DNA of 64,000 nucleotides, from assembly GCA_013239625.1 (NCBI GenBank), contig MU053304.1:1984001-2048000 (forward strand). Reading direction: 5' to 3'. The translations under genes were made by a program, and so were the position numbers. Source of the DNA: Lama guanicoe. Lineage: Eukaryota. Position 1 is the stretch's first letter, and every line of letters begins with the position of its first letter. The notes beneath the pieces are model-generated. The model worked only from the letters and a program-made list of their open reading frames with translations, searched no databases and was not told where the DNA came from. Below are positions 61,360 to 64,000 of the stretch, one piece after another.

Positions 61360-63317
61360 ATCAGTGTTTTATTCTCCTTGAGCTTTTAATTTGCATTTCT
61401 TTGATGATGATCTTTCATGTGATTATTGATCGTTCGTATGTCTTACCTTACGAAGTGTCTTTTCAAATCTTTTGTCCATTTTTTTAAAAGCAGAATTTTG
61501 TTCATATTGTTGAGTTGTTAGAGTTATTTACATATTCTAGATACAAACCCTTTGTCAGGTGAACCTTTTGCTCACTCATCCCTTCTTCACGGTATTTTTG
61601 TGGGAACAGGTGTTTTTATTTTTGGTCATCTCTGATTAATCAATTTTTTTCTTTTTTGGTTTGTTCTTTCTTTGCCTACCTCAGGATGACATTTTCCCCA
61701 ATGTTTTCTTCTAGAATTTTTAAAAAATAGGTTTTGCTTTTGGGTTTAGGTTTTGAGTTAAGTTTTTGTGTATGGTGTGATTAAAAGATAGAAGTTTCTT
61801 TCTTCCCTACATGAATATCTAGTTAGCATCTTATTGAAAAGATTATCTTTTCCCCACTGAATTCCATTAGGTCATTTGTTAGGAAACAGTAGGACTATTT
61901 ACGTGTCGTTTTTCCCTAGGGCTGCTTTTTTTTTTTATAAATCAAACTTCTTTGAGATAATTGAAACTTCAGACTTTATGAACAGTTTTAAGAAATAATA
62001 CAGAGGGATATCTTGTAGCCTTTACCCACTTACCCCCCAGTAATAACATATTGTACAGCTGTAGTACAGTACCACACCTGGGATGCTGACATTGATACAG
62101 TCAAGATGCAGGACATTTTCATCACAGGAATTCCTCATGCTGCCCTTTAACAGCCACCTTCATTTCTCTTCCACTTTAGGAAGCTTTCCTTAATCCCTAG
62201 AAACCACTGATCTGTTCTGCATTTTTATAAAATTTCGGTATTTCAAGAATGTTTTATAAATGGAATCATACGGCATGTAACCTTTTTGGATTTTTTTTCA
62301 CTCACCGTAATGCTCTAGAGATTCATCCAGATCATTGTGTGTATCAGGTTTCTTTCCTTTTATTGCTGAGCAGCGTTCCGTGGTATGAATATACCACAGT
62401 TTGTTTAACTAGTAACCTGTTGAAAGAAGCCTGGATAGTTTCCAGTTTTGAGCTGTTATAAAGAACGCTGCTGTAAACCTTCATTTACAGGTTTTTGTGT
62501 GAATGTAAGTTTTCATTTTTTTCTGGAACAGTTGCCCAGGAGGTCAAGTGCTGGGTCATAGGGTAGTTGCCTGTCTAGTTTTATAAAAAAAAAAAAAGCC
62601 AAAATGTTTCCAGAGTGGCTTAACCATTTTACCTTCCCATCAGCAACGTATAGTGACCCAGTGTCTCTCAATCCTTGCCAGTATTTGGTGTTGACTTTGT
62701 TTTTTATTTTAGCCATTTTGATATGTGTTTGGTGATACCTTGTGGTTTTAATTTGAATTCCCCTAATGATAAATGATGTTGGGCAATTTTCCATGTGATT
62801 GATCAACATCTGTGTATCTTCTCTGGCAAAGTATCTCTTCATGCCCCTTGTCCATTTTCTAATCATATCACATCACTTCAAGGCTACCTGCTATCAGTCT
62901 GCTTTCTGACTGCTGATGTTCACCTGGGCATCACCCACGGGAGGTGGCGCTTATCAAGTTCCACCCCACCCCCGCCCCCGGAACGTTGCTCTTTCCCCCT
63001 CTTTGCTTTGAAAAGTTATTGTGAATGAACCACACTTACGGAATGGGGAGTTGTTCTCCCCCTCTTTGAGGGTAGAGGAGCCACGTAAACTCTCTGAAAT
63101 TCTTCTGTATGAGAGATTTGTCTGTTTCCCCGTTTATTTATGTATTTGATTATTTATTTATATTAGTGTGGACTTGTGGATATTTATTTTATACTGTGAG
63201 TGATAATCCAAAACATTTTTATTTATTTTGTTGCTCCATGTGTTCCATGTTTGGGCCTTGAGAGCTCTTTCCGTTGGCTCCCGTGTCCCTCTGACATACC
63301 CCGTTATTACAGTGTTG

Positions 63318-63353
<36 letters not shown>

Positions 63354-63820
63354 AAACACTTCTGTACTCTCTGGCCCTGCAAGATGCTCCAGTCTTACCT
63401 TGTATATTTCCTGCTCCAGGCTTAGAAGCAGCCATTTCTCCAAGGAATCGGTGCCTTTTGTTGGAGAATGGCCCTGGAAACTGACATCTGGGCACTAGCT
63501 GTGCTCTCGTTCCGGGGGTACCGTGGTTTCCAGGTCCTCTCAGCCGACATAGCAAGGGAATATGTGTGTGTATATCAACCTGTGCATATATTCGTATCTA
63601 TAAAGATTACCATATGTAGCCACCTATGTCTAAATTAAGCTAAACATGAATTTATGCTGATATATCCAATTCTGATTCATTATTACCTGGATCATTCTAG
63701 CCTTCTCCCCTTATTTATCTGTAAATTCCCACACCAACAGCAAGGTACTTGGCTCCTACCATCCAACATCCATTTATTTGCTTGTTCAATTCCTATATAC
63801 ATGTAGAGCAGTATCAGAAT
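61360..63820 (-). mobile_element. Cluster of nested ancient L1M fragments (L1MC/MD/ME-like)
   Basis: Continuous antisense L1 text; ORF 62513..62866(-) gives decayed ORF2 (IRKW…CPTSFIIRGIQIKTTRYH…LPYDPALDLLG). Confidence 0.8.
63321..63350. repeat. (TG)15 microsatellite
   Basis: Directly visible perfect dinucleotide run. Confidence 0.97.
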
Positions 63821-63822
63821 TC

Positions 63823-64000
63823 TTTTTTTTTTTTAATTGTAGTCAGTTACAGTGTGTCCATTTCTGGTGTACAGTGTGATGTCCCAGTCATGCATATATG
63901 CATATATTCGTTTTCATATTCTTTTTCATTAAAGGTTATTACAAGATATTCAATATAGTTGCCTGTGCTATATAGAAGAAATTTGTTTTTTCTGATCTAT
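63823..64000 (-). mobile_element. Lineage-specific L1 3' tip (runs off the window)
   Basis: Poly(T) followed by aattgtagtcagttacagtgtgtccatttctggtgtac…ttattacaagatattcaatatagtt. Confidence 0.85.

Larger units (their letters stand above)
1..64000 (+). other. DNER: Internal portion of the DNER gene (introns plus four coding exons; both gene ends lie outside the window)
   Basis: Four AG/GT or AG/GC bounded exons splice in frame to [25 protein letters not shown]...GYHGLYCEEEYNECLSAPCLNAATCRDLVNGYECVCLAEYKG..., which I recognise as the membrane-proximal EGF array of DNER. Confidence 0.96.

Noticed and set aside
1..64000. CRISPR array, operon, defence island, prophage or other prokaryotic system
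   Set aside because: The sequence is mammalian intron/exon DNA; there are no regularly spaced repeats with spacers and no long gene-dense ORFs.

Overview
This is mammalian genomic DNA, not prokaryotic. It is most likely from a camelid (camel, llama or alpaca), judged from five tRNA-derived Vic-1-like SINEs. The window lies inside the DNER gene (Delta/Notch-like EGF repeat-containing receptor) on the + strand. It holds four internal coding exons, all phase 1-1: 7320-7433, 24744-24968, 47588-47710 and 56859-56972. By recalled human exon sizes (114/225/123/114 nt) these are probably exons 7-10, and they splice into an intact run of EGF-like repeats. The rest is intron, filled with L1, L2, MIR, MER5A/MER20/MER58A DNA transposons, MLT1/MLT2 LTRs, SINEs and microsatellites. 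Almost all entries in the ORF track are chance ORFs or shadow ORFs. I found no CRISPR array, operon or new multi-gene system. Three signals stand out. (1) The 225-nt exon is a sharp GC/CpG spike (72 of 74 codons end in G/C, about 33 CpG) with about 16 amino-acid changes versus my recollection of human DNER, mostly toward GC-rich codons, while all Cys and O-glycosylation motifs are kept; this is a candidate GC-biased gene conversion hotspot reshaping a protein domain. (2) The last exon has a non-canonical GC donor with an in-frame stop right behind it. (3) One L1 has a 5' inversion typical of twin priming. Comparisons with human DNER and all repeat subfamily names come from memory and need database confirmation; repeat boundaries are approximate unless a TSD is quoted.
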